A DNA stretch of 62,789 nt, the filler included, from Basidiobolus ranarum (lineage: Eukaryota), in the NCBI GenBank assembly GCA_040143965.1. It is 31 parts of 31 records of this genome, joined end to end, with 100 filler letters (N's around TTAATTAATTAA, not from the genome) between each part and the next. Parts side by side here need not be neighbours in the genome. Positions count along the whole stretch, not along the records: positions 26,445 to 28,374 come from JASJQH010010943.1; positions 28,475 to 30,402 come from JASJQH010010944.1; positions 30,503 to 32,429 come from JASJQH010010945.1; positions 32,530 to 34,455 come from JASJQH010010946.1; positions 34,556 to 36,481 come from JASJQH010010947.1; positions 36,582 to 38,507 come from JASJQH010010948.1; positions 38,608 to 40,533 come from JASJQH010010949.1; 24 more parts are not named here. One strand, 5' to 3'. Position 1 is the first letter of the stretch. Each line of letters begins with the position of its first letter. Positions 26,446 through 38,904 of the stretch are shown here, piece after piece. The position numbers and the translations under genes are program-made. Below the pieces are notes generated by a model. It saw nothing but the letters and a program-made list of their open reading frames with translations. It made no database searches and was not told the origin of the DNA.

Positions 26446-26895
26446 AGAAAAGGGTTGGCGTGGAACTCAGATATGATACGACATAGGCGAACCCACACAG
26501 GAGAAAGGCCATATAAATGCGATATGTGTGGCAAAGGGTTTATACAGCGGTCAGCTCTTCGAGTTCACATTCGCACGCATACTGGAGAAAAACCGCACCA
26601 TTGCCAATATCTTGGGTGTGGCAAAATGTTTAGTGACAGTTCATCATTTGCCCGACACCGTCGGACCCACACTGGTGAACGACCATATGTGTGCATGATC
26701 CCCCATTGCGACAAGAGTTACACTAGACGCGTGGCCTTACTTAAGCACGAAAAGAAACATAACTCTGACAAGTCCTTTGGTACGAAGCATATCTCTAAGG
26801 TCGATACTCAGTTGTATTCACCAACATATCTTGAGGATCTAGGGTTACAAAGTAGATATTACCGAATGGAAACAAAGAATCTCCAAATTCTTTAG
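26446..26895 (+). CDS. C2H2 zinc-finger transcription factor, 5'-truncated (one partial and three full fingers)
   Basis: Repeated HTGERPY/HTGEKP linkers and CxxC/CxxxxC...HxxxH fingers. Confidence 0.9.
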   Translation, partial: RKGLAWNSDMIRHRRTHTGERPYKCDMCGKGFIQRSALRVHIRTHTGEKPHHCQYLGCGKMFSDSSSFARHRRTHTGERPYVCMIPHCDKSYTRRVALLKHEKKHNSDKSFGTKHISKVDTQLYSPTYLEDLGLQSRYYRMETKNLQIL

Positions 26896-28275
26896 TACCC
26901 TCAATCCAGCTGCTGGGAGTATTTGTAATATAGATCCATGATTTCTGAGATGATTATTCAAATTGAGGATTCACTAATATTCTCTGCCTGTAAATAAAAT
27001 ACTTGCTACTCAAACATATACCGACCATTTGATCTCGTCAACAGAAACGACAGATTACTCCTGAACGGGTCAAAAGAATATTGTTTACGAGTGCTAGCAA
27101 ATATGATCTACTTCAAAGTAGTGGCTGTACCACTGGCATATGCTTATTCCACCTATGATAGATAATTTTATGTCTGCTAAGATATTGTACGGGGAAATAG
27201 TTGACCCACAAATTGTCAGTAACATTCCCTATGCAAGGATGCCAACCAGAAGCGAGCACTATTTTGCACCAAATCGAACGTTGAGATCAAAAAGTAGACG
27301 ACCAACATATGCCTCTTGGTTTGAATGGTGCATGCACGTAAAATAAAGCAAGGCATTACGTGCTTACTCTAGAAAAGTGCACTTACCCCCCCGATAACAT
27401 CTTAGTAGGCATAAAATCGTCGATCTAGTATTGATGCCTCTATGATGGTCGAACCTTCGTTACTGTCTCATCGGCAAAGTGTACACTTTAGTATTTATCA
27501 TCTTAGACTTATCGACGGGTATCTGGAAGAGCATCGATCATAAACTGAGTAAATCAATGTTTGTCGAAACCCCTTAGCCGCGAATCTAAAAATAGTATGG
27601 CCTGAAAACAAGGTTATGAACAAATAAATCACACGATCTCACACTAGGGGCTGTTGTATCGGCATCGATTCTCCCAGATCTGGTTACGTAATCGAGTAAA
27701 GTTGACCAATATTTGCGGATTGGATCGGCGTTTGAAAGAGATTGCAAATTTCATTTCCTTATCATTTCCAGAGGTTGCTGAGACTGCGTGACATTGTGGT
27801 GTTTTTGATGTTATTAGATCTGGAACCTACAGACCTTCGATTGGTTAGGAATATTATATTTCTAACCACTTGACTCAGTTTGAAGAACATTGCGAAGTAC
27901 CAACGCGTTATCACCTCAGCCATTAACTAAATTTTGAGTACTTTTACCTAAATGGTGGCCATGTGAAGTGCTCATGTGGGAGTTGCAAAATGGGGACTCT
28001 GGTACTTGCTTACTGACATTCTTTTCTGAGTTGGGAGGCTACACCATAATTTGTTTGTAAACGTACAGGAAACATGTCTCACCTTCATACTATACTTGAT
28101 GAATATGGCCATATCGTATGCAGAAACGCAATCCCTTAATAAGATGCCAAATAAAGGTAATTGTGTCTTTGGAGTAGATATCCAGAGTCTCCTACCTAAC
28201 TACTAATATGTAGGAGTGGCAGAAATCATGCACTATTATCATAAGCACCCATTCTACGCAATAGCAATTGATATA

Positions 28276-28374
28276 TGTTAAAGTATTTGGGAGCCTGTTG
28301 GAAGTGGTTTGGAGAATTAGAGGAATTGGTGGTTTTCACTTATTGATTTATTGAGTAGAAAGTTGACATTTATA
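28276..28374 (-). repeat. Copia LTR family A, terminal fragment
   Basis: TGTTAAAGTATTTGGGAGCC... matches 38905. Confidence 0.85.
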
Positions 28375-28474
28375 NNNNNNNNNNNNNNNNNNNNNNNNNN
28401 NNNNNNNNNNNNNNNNNNTTAATTAATTAANNNNNNNNNNNNNNNNNNNNNNNNNNNNNNNNNNNNNNNNNNNN

Positions 28475-30402
28475 CAGTTTACAGACCATATCAGGATGTT
28501 TTGGGTCAACAAATCCATCTGGTTGCTCCATATAGATCTCTTCCTCTAGATTTCCACTTAGAAAAGCTGTTTTTGCATCCATTTGATGTTGATTAAGGTT
28601 ATGGATGGCTGAGAGTGCCAGGATTAATCTAATGGAGCTAAACTTAGCTACTGGAGCAAGAGTTTCATTAAGGTCAACCCCTGGAGTCTGGGAATAGCCT
28701 TTTGCAAGTAATCTTTCTTTGTAACTTTATATGGTTCCATCTGTTGGGTTTTGACTTTGTAGACCCATCTGCAACCTATTCGCTTCCTCCCTGATTGAGG
28801 AGGAATTGAAGCCAACTTTCTATTGTCCTGAAGTAAAGAAAACTCATCTGACATTGTTTTTTCCCATAAATTGTTTCTGGACACTCCAGAGCTTGATCTA
28901 GAGTCCATGGCTTGTCACAGAATGCTGCATAAAATTGTATATCATCATTGGAAGTGATCCACCAGTTTCCTGGCTTATTTCTCCTTTTGGATGATCTTCT
29001 GAGTCCTGAATCATCTTGTGATGGAATTGGGACTAGAATTTTGGCTGAATAGGGCTCAGACACAGCTGGAATTTGGTCACACACTTCTTTAATACTGCTG
29101 ATTGTGTTTTCTGGAATAAGAACTGTGATTTGAGGTGAAAGAGTTGCTTTTTCATCAAACATCACACCTCTGCACTTATTTAACTTCTGATTTTTGGTAT
29201 GAAACAGTCTGTAGGCCTTATATCCATCACAGTAACCAAGAAATATGCATTTTCTGCTTTTGGGTTCCAATTTAAAGCATTTTTGAGCTGGAATTAGGCA
29301 ATACAGAGTGCAACTAAAGCTCCAAAGATGATCCACACCTGGTTTTGATCCATATAGGGCTTCAAATGGAGTAGTATTCTGTAGCAATCTTTTGGATATC
29401 AGTTTTTGACATAGACTGCAGTGGAGACAAATACAACCCAATATTGGTAATCTAACTTTTGATCTTGTAATATTGATCTTGCCATCTCCACTATGGTCCT
29501 ATTAGCATAATTCTGCAACTCCATTTTGCTGTGGAGTATAAGGTACAGTAGTTTGGTGCTCAATTCTATGTTTAAAGCAATAACTAGTAAATCTCTAGAG
29601 TGGCATTCTGCACCATTATCACTCCTGAGTCCCCTTATTTATTTGTGCTGATTCTTTCTCTACCATTGCTTTGTAGTGCTTGAATGTAACTAAGGCTTCA
29701 AATTTGATTTGAGAGAGAATGCCCAAGTAAATTGTGTTTTGTCATCAATAAAGGTCATAAAGTACCTTTTCCCACCTAGTGAGATGTTTTTCATTAGCCC
29801 ACACAGGTCAAAATGAGTCAGGCCAATATTCTAGGTGGCTTTGATCTCACAGAGCCTGAAAATGGCTGTCTGTGATGTTTTCCATTTCTGCAATCTTCTC
29901 ACAGAACCAATTTAGTGATATTTCCAATTTCTCAGCCTGAAACAAGCCAATTTTGGATTATTTAGGTCAGTTTCTCTTCCCCACTGTGGCCTAATCTTTT
30001 ATGCCATGTTTGGCAGCTTATTTCAGCAATTTTGTCCAAGTTTGCATGCTCAGAATGCAATTTGTTGATTTCAAGCTTGTATAAGTTTTGAGTTTTGATC
30101 CCAGTAGCTAATTTGATATTATTCTGATCTGTGATAGTGCATCTAGCCTTACAGAACACAAAACATAGTCCTTGAGTTGTTGCTTTGCTTACTGAGAGTA
30201 GATTCTGGGCTATATTTGGTACACATAGTATATCAACCAAGTTTGAAGATGATGTAGCTAAATTTTGGTCTAAATTCAGTATAACTGTGCCCTTACCAAC
30301 TGTATCTAGTCCATAGTCATCATCTGAGTAGACTTTCCTTGTTTGGATTGGTCTTAAGCTGGGAAATTCAAACTTTCCTGTTTGATCTATGCTGAGAAGC
30401 TC
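28475..30402 (-). mobile_element. Degenerate Ty1/Copia pol (protease to RT start)
   Basis: VPNIAQNLLSV, WHKRLGH, KLEPKSRKCIFLGY, IGCRWVYKVK and QMDAKTAFL motifs. INT precedes RT. Confidence 0.9.
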
Positions 30403-30502
30403 NNNNNNNNNNNNNNNNNNNNNNNNNNNNNNNNNNNNNNNNNNNNTTAATTAATTAANNNNNNNNNNNNNNNNNNNNNNNNNNNNNNNNNNNNNNNNNN
30501 NN

Positions 30503-32196
30503 TTTACTCTAACAGACATATGCATTACTACTATCCAAATACAACACTAAACTTCATGATTTTACCACCAAGAGCCAAGTCAGATTTCAATATGATCACT
30601 GATATCAATTCACCAAATAGTCAGTGTAACATCAAGCTTGGTATTAGCTGTAAGCCTAAAATTATATTACTAAAGGGGATCAGCTAAAGCCAGAGCTTCC
30701 CATTAGGCATGATGCACTTAGTATTCAACAACATTCCAATACTGCTTACTTAGCCATGTAGTGGAAAATTCAATATGAATGAGCCATTCAAGATGGGATC
30801 CAAGTTTGAATCAATTGTGAAAATGCTTGAAAATGTCAAGATACAATCATATTTTACCAGGACTCCCATCAATATCCACTCATCTAGGTGTTTATTCAAA
30901 TGCAAAGACTAGAAGTATTGGATATGTGTATATTCAAGTTGAATTTGGAATAGATTTCTGCCTGATAAGTATTTGCAACTTTGGGAGTTGTTTGTGCATA
31001 TTGATAATATATTCTTATGCCATCTACTCACATTGGCAGATCTCAGGTAGATATAGCAATTGTGCAAAAATTTTGTAATTGAATATGAAAAACATTATTA
31101 TAGGTTTAACGACAATAGACTGAATCTATGCTGGTATTAAATACATTCCCTGCTGCATCTTTGACAATGCTTAGAGATTATAGGCCCTTGCTATACATTC
31201 TGGGAGTTCCCAATGGAGTGCACCTGCAGTGAAATGATGCTCTGTGTGAAATTGTCAGTATTACCATATGCTAATCTGATTGACAATGTATCAGCAAAAT
31301 CAGTTATGGATGTAACACAATGGGTTAAAAAGACTCCAGCATATATTAACCTGCCAACAGAGAGCTCTTGTCAATGTGTTCATGGGTTTTTGCATTGTTA
31401 AAGCACAACAACAGGAACTAAGCACAATCCATGGACACAGAGTAAGTACCTGTCTAATCTGACTAACTTGCTTGTGTGATAATCTGATGGTATTTTTAGA
31501 AAAGCTGCATGACAGACTTCTTGGTGAGATAGACCAAATTATGCATTATCATAATTTTAGCCTTGGTGATCTATTCAAGCTATGACACATCTACTTGTGG
31601 CAGGACATTTGTTGACTTCAAGTTGGGGATATATTGGCTGAATTTCCATGGAAATATGCCAAAATCCAGGAGCTTATTCTCATTGTCAACAGTTACAAAG
31701 GTCAGCTATTTGCCAAGTGTCAGTGCTGTTCAAAATTTCAAATGTTTAGCAATTTTTCCACTGTTTGTTTACTGGTACAGCATATTGATGTTGTTGAGTT
31801 ATGGCTACTCAGTCAAGTATTTGCATATGTAGAGACTAAACACAACAAGATTCTTGCATTTTTTTGATTTTCATTATGGCTGGTATACAAAGCCTAAAAT
31901 ATCTGAATAAAGGCATGCATACTAAATCAAATTCCTACAGCAGTAAACCTAGTAATTTGACATTTGAGGATTGTATTTCTTCAAAAATTGTTGGATATTA
32001 AATAATGCATGCCAAATTTGAGGATCAACAATTGAACATGTATGAATATTGTCAAAATACCATCCAGAAGCCACCATCACACCATAAAAATCCCTAGCTG
32101 AATGTCAGCCACCAATATTGTGATGGTTCTCTGATGGTGTTGCTATTTTGGAGGGTGCATCTGATCTGGATCAAATTAATTTTATTTTTGTGAGGG
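30503..32196 (+). mobile_element. CMC-like transposase 3' half and terminus A
   Basis: Homologous to 14250-15784. Ends TTTATTTTTGTGAGGG. Confidence 0.85.
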
Positions 32197-32429
32197 ATAT
32201 ATATATAACATACGTTCCAAATTGCAGTTAAGTGATATTTGACTAAGTCATGTTAACTAATGCATATGTGATATACAAGATAGTTAGGTGTATAAAGATT
32301 GAGATAACAAATATGATAAAGACTATAAACTTCAATACTCCCACTTAACTAAATATTTGTATATCTTGATCCTAACTTAAATCTTAATTCTTCAAATTTT
32401 GGCTTGGGTAATGGGTTGGTAAGGATGTC
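32197..32429 (-). mobile_element. Copia 3' end: RNase H tail, PPT (32338-32346) and partial LTR family D
   Basis: DILTNPLPKPKFEELR, then GTGGGAG abutting TATTGAAG. The LTR part matches 35140-35278. Confidence 0.8.
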
Positions 32430-33151
32430 NNNNNNNNNNNNNNNNNNNNNNNNNNNNNNNNNNNNNNNNNNNNTTAATTAATTAANNNNNNNNNNNNNNN
32501 NNNNNNNNNNNNNNNNNNNNNNNNNNNNNTACTCTGTTCATGTATCGTCGATTCATATGCTCGCTTGACCTCTTTAGCCGATTGCAACATGAATCAATCA
32601 TGCTACAGGTGTGTGTACACGGCAGCAGCTACTAACCGATTGAACTATAATTACTCAGTTGATACATCGTCGATTCATTTGCTCTGAACTACAATTTACT
32701 CGTTGTATCAGTATATCGTCGATCCATTTGCTCGATTGATCACTTTAGCCGATTGCAACCTAACCCATGATTCACGTTGCAATCGGTTATAGTCAAAAAA
32801 GCGAGTATTGTCGTATAAAGTGCTTTTTAGTGCTTCACCCCCAGATGTGTACCAGGAGTAAGCACCCCCAAGATGATCCATAGATAAAGCTACTTATAAG
32901 GATTATTAAAAAAGACAAGTCCATTTTGCATGCATTTCTCTTGGCCAAAACATTGGTTACATCACCATAGCAGTACAAACATGAACAATATTACAACTCT
33001 CCAGTCATTTTGTTGATTACAACAGGAAATTCATGGCAACACGCCGTTTACTTGAAATGAAATTTCAGCCCTTAAACTATATCAGAGATCATGATTTGGA
33101 AATTTAACATTTCTGTTTATTTAGCTATCCAAGACGTCATCTACATATTGT

Positions 33152-33334
33152 TTACTTTCTTCCTTTAGATTCCTTTTCAATGGTCTCATTGAGTGGCTTT
33201 CCAGTACGCTCTTCGTGGATTTCTGACGCTTTATCCAACGACTCCTGTTGCTTTTCGGCTGACACATTTGGATTATGGGCTGCTGCCTTGAGGCCTCCTT
33301 CGACATTTCCGAGGTTTTTTCCTTCGTATTCCAT
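33152..33334 (-). CDS. con-6: Conidiation protein Con-6 family, 60 aa
   Basis: KNLGNVEGGLKAAAHNPNVSAE matches the Con-6 motif (NV.GGLKA...NP.VS.E). TATATAA near 33400. Confidence 0.85.
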   Translation of the reverse strand: MEYEGKNLGNVEGGLKAAAHNPNVSAEKQQESLDKASEIHEERTGKPLNETIEKESKGRK

Positions 33335-34354
33335 TGTTAGTTAGCTGCGAGTGATGATTAGATGTGAGTGATGATTATTTGATGTGTCTATCTTGGGCTT
33401 ATATAGCTGATTATAGGATGACCTCGACGAAGAGTCAGTGCTGGTGAATTGCGTAACATTTGAATGCTGTGTACGCTGCAGCAACTACTAACCGATTGAT
33501 CTACAATTACTCTGTTTATGTATCATCGATCCATTTTCTCGATTGACCTCTCTAGCCGATTGCATTATGAGTCAATCATGCTACAGGTAGTCCAATACGT
33601 TACTAAAACATGTTCATCCTGCTCATTACCAGAGAAATATAGTGAAATTCACAGCATTTTGATTAGCTAACCCTTTTCCTTATGACGTAGGGGTTGGGTT
33701 GAAATCAAAATAGTCAAAAAATATGTACCTACTTCATATTGACCTATACATTAGTATCAGTGCTTTTTATGTCAAAAGAAATACCATCTAAAGTGCATCA
33801 CCCCCAGATTTGTACCAAGAGCAAGCACCACCAAGATGATTAATAAATATAACTGTTTAGAAAGATCGTTAAGTGTGACAAGTCCATTTTGTATGACACC
33901 CTATTGAAAGGTGGAGGCTTAATACGAGAACGATATTTTTAAAATAGCAACCAAACCACCACGTAACTTAACCACAGGGCCTTGCTTCTAGAACCATATG
34001 GAAGAAAATATAGCAAATATTCAGTAATTGAAGAAATTACTGATTCAAAAAGGAGTAGTAATATAAACCTAAGAGATTGAGTATCTATAACATATGTGAA
34101 ATAAAGGGATTGAGAATCCCTTTCAACTACTTCCACAAACTTTGTATTCACATTTACCTTTGCCAAAACATCACTTACTTCACCATAGCAGTATAACAGC
34201 CATTCGGGCTTTGGGTCAATTACAACAGTATTTTCATGGTAATGCGACATTTACTTCGAACGAATTCTAAGCCTTATACATTAAAACTATATCATAAATC
34301 ATGGTTTGAAAATTTCTGTTTATTGAGCTATCCGGAAAGTTATCTACATATTGT

Positions 34355-34455
34355 TTACTTTCGTCCTTTAGATTCCTTTTCAATGGTCTCATTGAGTGGC
34401 TTTCCAGTACGCTCTTCGTGGATTTCCGACGCTTTATCCAACGACTCCTGTTGCT
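34355..34455 (-). CDS. con-6: Second Con-6 family copy, 3' part only
   Basis: Nearly identical to 33152-33252, and the visible differences are synonymous. Confidence 0.85.
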
Positions 34456-34555
34456 NNNNNNNNNNNNNNNNNNNNNNNNNNNNNNNNNNNNNNNNNNNNT
34501 TAATTAATTAANNNNNNNNNNNNNNNNNNNNNNNNNNNNNNNNNNNNNNNNNNNN

Positions 34556-35278
34556 ATTAGCAAGACTTTTTGCTTCATAACACTCTTCCAACATAGTCCA
34601 AGCTTGATGGGAAGTCTTTGCATATTGAATATTCACAAGTTGTGAATCCTTCAAACTTTTACAAATGACATTAAAGGCCTTCTTGTCTCTTTCCTTTTAA
34701 GCTTCCAAAAAGAATGGTCAGAAGGTTCCTTTTCATCTCCAGAGACTACATCCCAAAGCTCCCTGTCTTCCAGCATGATTTGCATCCTGAACTTCCAGAA
34801 ATTGTAATTTCTCCATCAAGCTTTTCAACACTTGAGTTAATAAAAGTGGTAGTAGTGGTTTCTGTCATGCTGTAAAGGTTAGAACATGTGGCTCATAACC
34901 TATTGGGAAAATATAGGCTGTTTGGAGGAACTTTAGAAAAGTGGAGTGGTGAATAGCTTTATGAGATAATTATATATTGTCCATAAATAAAGCATTTATA
35001 CATTTTGGTGGAAATACAGAAAACTAACACTGGGGTTGTGTTCAGAACATCTGTGAGAGTAAAATGAGTTAGTTTTGGGGCAATTTGGATGAGTTTGAAA
35101 TTTCCAATATGGAATTGCTAATTCTCACATTATTCACATATATATATGATATATGTTCCAATTTTCAGTCAAGTGATATTTGATTAAGTAATGTTGACTA
35201 ACTTATATGTGATATATGAAATAGTTAGGTGTATAAAGATAGAGATAACAAATAGGATAAGGACAATGAACTTCAACA
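34556..35278 (-). mobile_element. Copia 5' end: LTR family D (35278-34901), PBS GGTTATGAGCC (34900-34890), gag start (ATG 34868)
   Basis: TGTTGAAG...CCCAATA LTR, followed by gag NYNFWKFRMQIMLEDRELWDVV. Confidence 0.85.
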
Positions 35279-36373
35279 CATTTGACCTTGGATGATGACA
35301 AAAATCAATTTTCTCCTGGTCAAATCATTCAAATTGATTCAAACCAAAACAATGAAGAAAATAGCATTCCTGTGGACCCTTCAGCCTGAGTTCCCCCTAT
35401 TGAAGTGCCCAATACAATTCCAGAAGTTGTTATACCATTATGCCAAACTGGGAGGTCAAATTGCATCAGAAATAGCCCTGATTATCATAGCAATAAGTCT
35501 CAAGATTGGGCCTATGCCTGCACAGCTGTAATACATGAATCCCAAGCTGTAAAAGAGGTACTTAATGGCCCTCACATGAAATTTTGGAGATCTGCAATGG
35601 CTAATGAGTGCCAGGCTTTGATCAATAATCAAACTTGGATTTTAACCAACTTACCTGGTGATAGAAAATCAATTGAATGCTAATGAGTGTTTAAATTTGA
35701 ACAAAACTCTGGTAGCAAGATAGAAAGTACCAGACTAGACTAGTAGCTAAAGACTATTCCCAAGTACCAGGAATAGAGTATAATAGAGTATACACAAATA
35801 TTTGCTCCTGTAGCAAAGTTTGAATCAACTAGATTGATTTTAGTAATTTCAGCTAAATATCAGTTTATTATACATCAAATGGATGTTGAAGCTGCTTTTT
35901 TGGATGGTGAGCATGCTGAGAAGATCTATATGGACCAGCCAGATGGTTTTGTGGACCCAGAGAAACCTAAAAATGCTTCCAGTCTCTGGAAAAACTCTAT
36001 GACTTATAACAATCATCAAGAGCTTTGAATAGCAAGATAGACACTTTTGTGCAAACACTAAAATTCCAAAAGAGTAATGCTGACTATAGTATCAACCTCA
36101 GGCCAGATAAGACAAACCCAATTTTACTAGCCTTATAAGTAGATGACCTTATTATAGCAACCAATGACTTGAAGACTTTGGAGAAAAACCAAATCCAGCT
36201 TATCTGCCAAATTCAAAATGACTGATCATGGTGAACTGACATACTATCTTGGAATTCAAATTAAGATAGATAGAACTGCCAAATCAATAACTTTTAGTAA
36301 GTCAAAGTATATCCTAGATATACTAAAGAAGCTTAAAACGGAAGAATGTAATCCAGTATCTACCTCCATGGAG
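35279..36373 (+). mobile_element. Degenerate Copia reverse transcriptase
   Basis: NQTWIL..LP, RLVAK, HQMDVEAAFL..IYMDQPDGF and VDDLII motifs. Confidence 0.85.
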
Positions 36374-36481
36374 CCCTAACAGAAATTTGAGGATTGTTAT
36401 CGTAGGAAAACCGTCACAATTTTAATCCATTTGGGGTTGACCGTTTACTTACCGTCATAAAAACGTCAAGTTAGATTTGAT
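36374..36481. mobile_element. CMC-like terminus B (CpG-retaining copy)
   Basis: CCCTAACAGAAATTTGAGG interrupts Copia RT. Confidence 0.85.
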
Positions 36482-36581
36482 NNNNNNNNNNNNNNNNNNN
36501 NNNNNNNNNNNNNNNNNNNNNNNNNTTAATTAATTAANNNNNNNNNNNNNNNNNNNNNNNNNNNNNNNNNNNNNNNNNNNN

Positions 36582-36698
36582 TTTGCAGCTAAGTGATATT
36601 TGACTAAATAATGTTGACTAACTAATATGTGATATTTGAAATAGGTAGGTGTATAAAGATAGGGATAACATATATGATAAAGACAATAAAATTCAACA
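36582..36698 (-). repeat. Copia LTR family D, partial
   Basis: Matches 35163-35278. Ends TTCAACA at a junction with transposase sequence. Confidence 0.8.
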
Positions 36699-38507
36699 AA
36701 ACCAGTAAGTCCTGACAATTTTGAAGACTTGCTGCTAAATGTTGACCTTAGTTATTCCAATACCAGTGGTAGAATATCCAAAGTGTAAGAAGAAGACAAT
36801 GGTTTTGTTATGGACTCATTGTTACTGGCAAAGATTAGTCCACTTGTAACACTTACTGTAAAGGAAGCCACGTTGATTATTGAGGAGTGGAGAGTTCAAT
36901 CCAATCTTAGCAACCAGGTGTTTATTGCTTTTTTTACACTTCTACCACAGTTGATTGTCAACTGTTGCTTGCCATAGACCTGGTACAAGTGGAAAACACT
37001 TGTCAATTGTATGAATTATAATCCTTCAGTACTGTAACTACCTTGCTGTCCAAATTGTTGTTTGGTGTTGTAGTATTGGAAATATTCCAATCATATATTG
37101 CATGGAATATGTAGGAAGATAATCATATTATCTATTGCTATATTAAAGTATTTTACAGATCAAGAAAAAGAACAAGAACATTTAATTGCTCATAGTCACA
37201 TCAATACTTAACTTGTTATAGCAATTTAAGCAGCAATCAAAAACTCCGGAATTAGAGCTTTGCAACCATGAAACAATCATTAGATTTGATCAATGATAGG
37301 TGGAGCTACAATCATTTCAAAATTGCCAACACAAAAATCAACCCTAGCATATAATCAGAACACAGGAATTCAGGATCTCAAGATGCTCACAAAATTAGTG
37401 CTAACCTTTGAACCAGCCAATGGATTCTCTTCAAATTTGCACAGAGCTGCAACAGTACTTGATGCCAATGTATTCAAAGTCTCAAAGGCACAGCTGCTAC
37501 ATTAGTGATCTTATTGGCACTTTGATGCTAAGCACTCACTCATAGCATTTATTCTCAGCCACCAATTCATAGCATTTATTCTGAGCTGTCTCTGTATATA
37601 AGCAACCCTTCCCCCTATTGAAAAAGCTTCTAGCCTTAGCACCATCCAAAACTGCACCATATTCTTTATCCTTTCCTTAACTACATATTCTACCCTGTAT
37701 CATAGTAATATAATAAAGATTCCTATTGCAACTCAACTAGGCTTGACTATTGAAGATTGCAGTACAGATTCTTTCATAGTTATCTTCACTTTTACAGCCA
37801 TAGAATATATCCAACTCTTAATCAAAGTCTTTGCCAATCTCAAAAGAACTATATCTTTTTCTTCATACATCAAGTTAGAGAAATCATCAGAGTTTTATCT
37901 ACCCTTGTAGTATTGAGGATTTTTGATAGTTCTATTATCAGAAAAAATCTTTTCTCATAAAAGTCTTCAAGCTATTGACATACTAAAGTGTGTCTTTACC
38001 CTTCAAAGATAGAGTGAAGAATATATCTCCTATCAATATTTTTAAGCTTCCAATATAAAAAATTCAGCTTAGCTGGAGATTTATAGTGGGATTAAGCTTT
38101 ATTACTGAATATATAAGTTAACACCCCTATCCCACACTACAGCATTCACCAGTGATCTGAAAAACCTGAATTCATGTACTGTTTGCACACAATTGGCAAT
38201 CACTGTATCAGGTAAATATTAATCATATTCAGCTTACATACCATTAATTCCCTGTCTTAAAGTTTTGAGGAACTCACCCAAGTATAGATCATTGATCCAA
38301 TACCAAAGTACTCACCATAAAATTGATGGTATTACCATTATACTTGATGGCTATCAGTACCAGAATCTGAAAAGTCAAGGTTTCTTTGAGAACATGTATG
38401 ATCATGCATTTGCATTGGCTCTAGATGGTTTCTCACTAAACAAATATACCATTGGAAAGGCTTGCTGGCCAATAATTTTAATCAACTTAAATCTTCCTCC
38501 TTCTGAA
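36699..38507 (+). pseudogene. CMC-like transposase 5' half, interrupted at 37069-38141
   Basis: The consensus TGTTTGGCTTTCACC site is split by the insertion. Confidence 0.85.
37069..38141 (+). repeat. 1073-bp solo-LTR-like insertion (TGTAGT...ACTACA)
   Basis: 6-bp inverted ends, precise insertion into the transposase, TATATAA near 37595, no recognisable protein-coding content. Confidence 0.7.
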
Positions 38508-38607
38508 NNNNNNNNNNNNNNNNNNNNNNNNNNNNNNNNNNNNNNNNNNNNTTAATTAATTAANNNNNNNNNNNNNNNNNNNNNNNNNNNNNNNNNNNNN
38601 NNNNNNN

Positions 38608-38904
38608 AGCATGCTCCAACTCAGATATTAATTGTTTATGGATATCCCTGAGGAAAGTGACATAGTCTGAGGCAGCAGGGCAAGGTAGATTTGATGGCAG
38701 GTGAATTGTGAAACCAGGATGAAATTTATAATTTGCAAAGAAAGGAGTTTGTGTTGCTAAGGTATGATTTGAGTTGTTGAAAGCAAATTCAGCAAGAGGC
38801 AAGAGTTGTGTCCAATAATGTTGATTATAGTTGATAGTGCATTGTAAATATTGTCCAAAACTTGATTGACTCTTTCTGTTTGACCATCTGATTAGGGTTG
38901 CAAG
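38608..38904 (-). mobile_element. Ty3/Gypsy integrase C-terminal fragment
   Basis: LPLAEFAFNN..TPFFANY. Homologous to 11745-12033. Confidence 0.8.
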
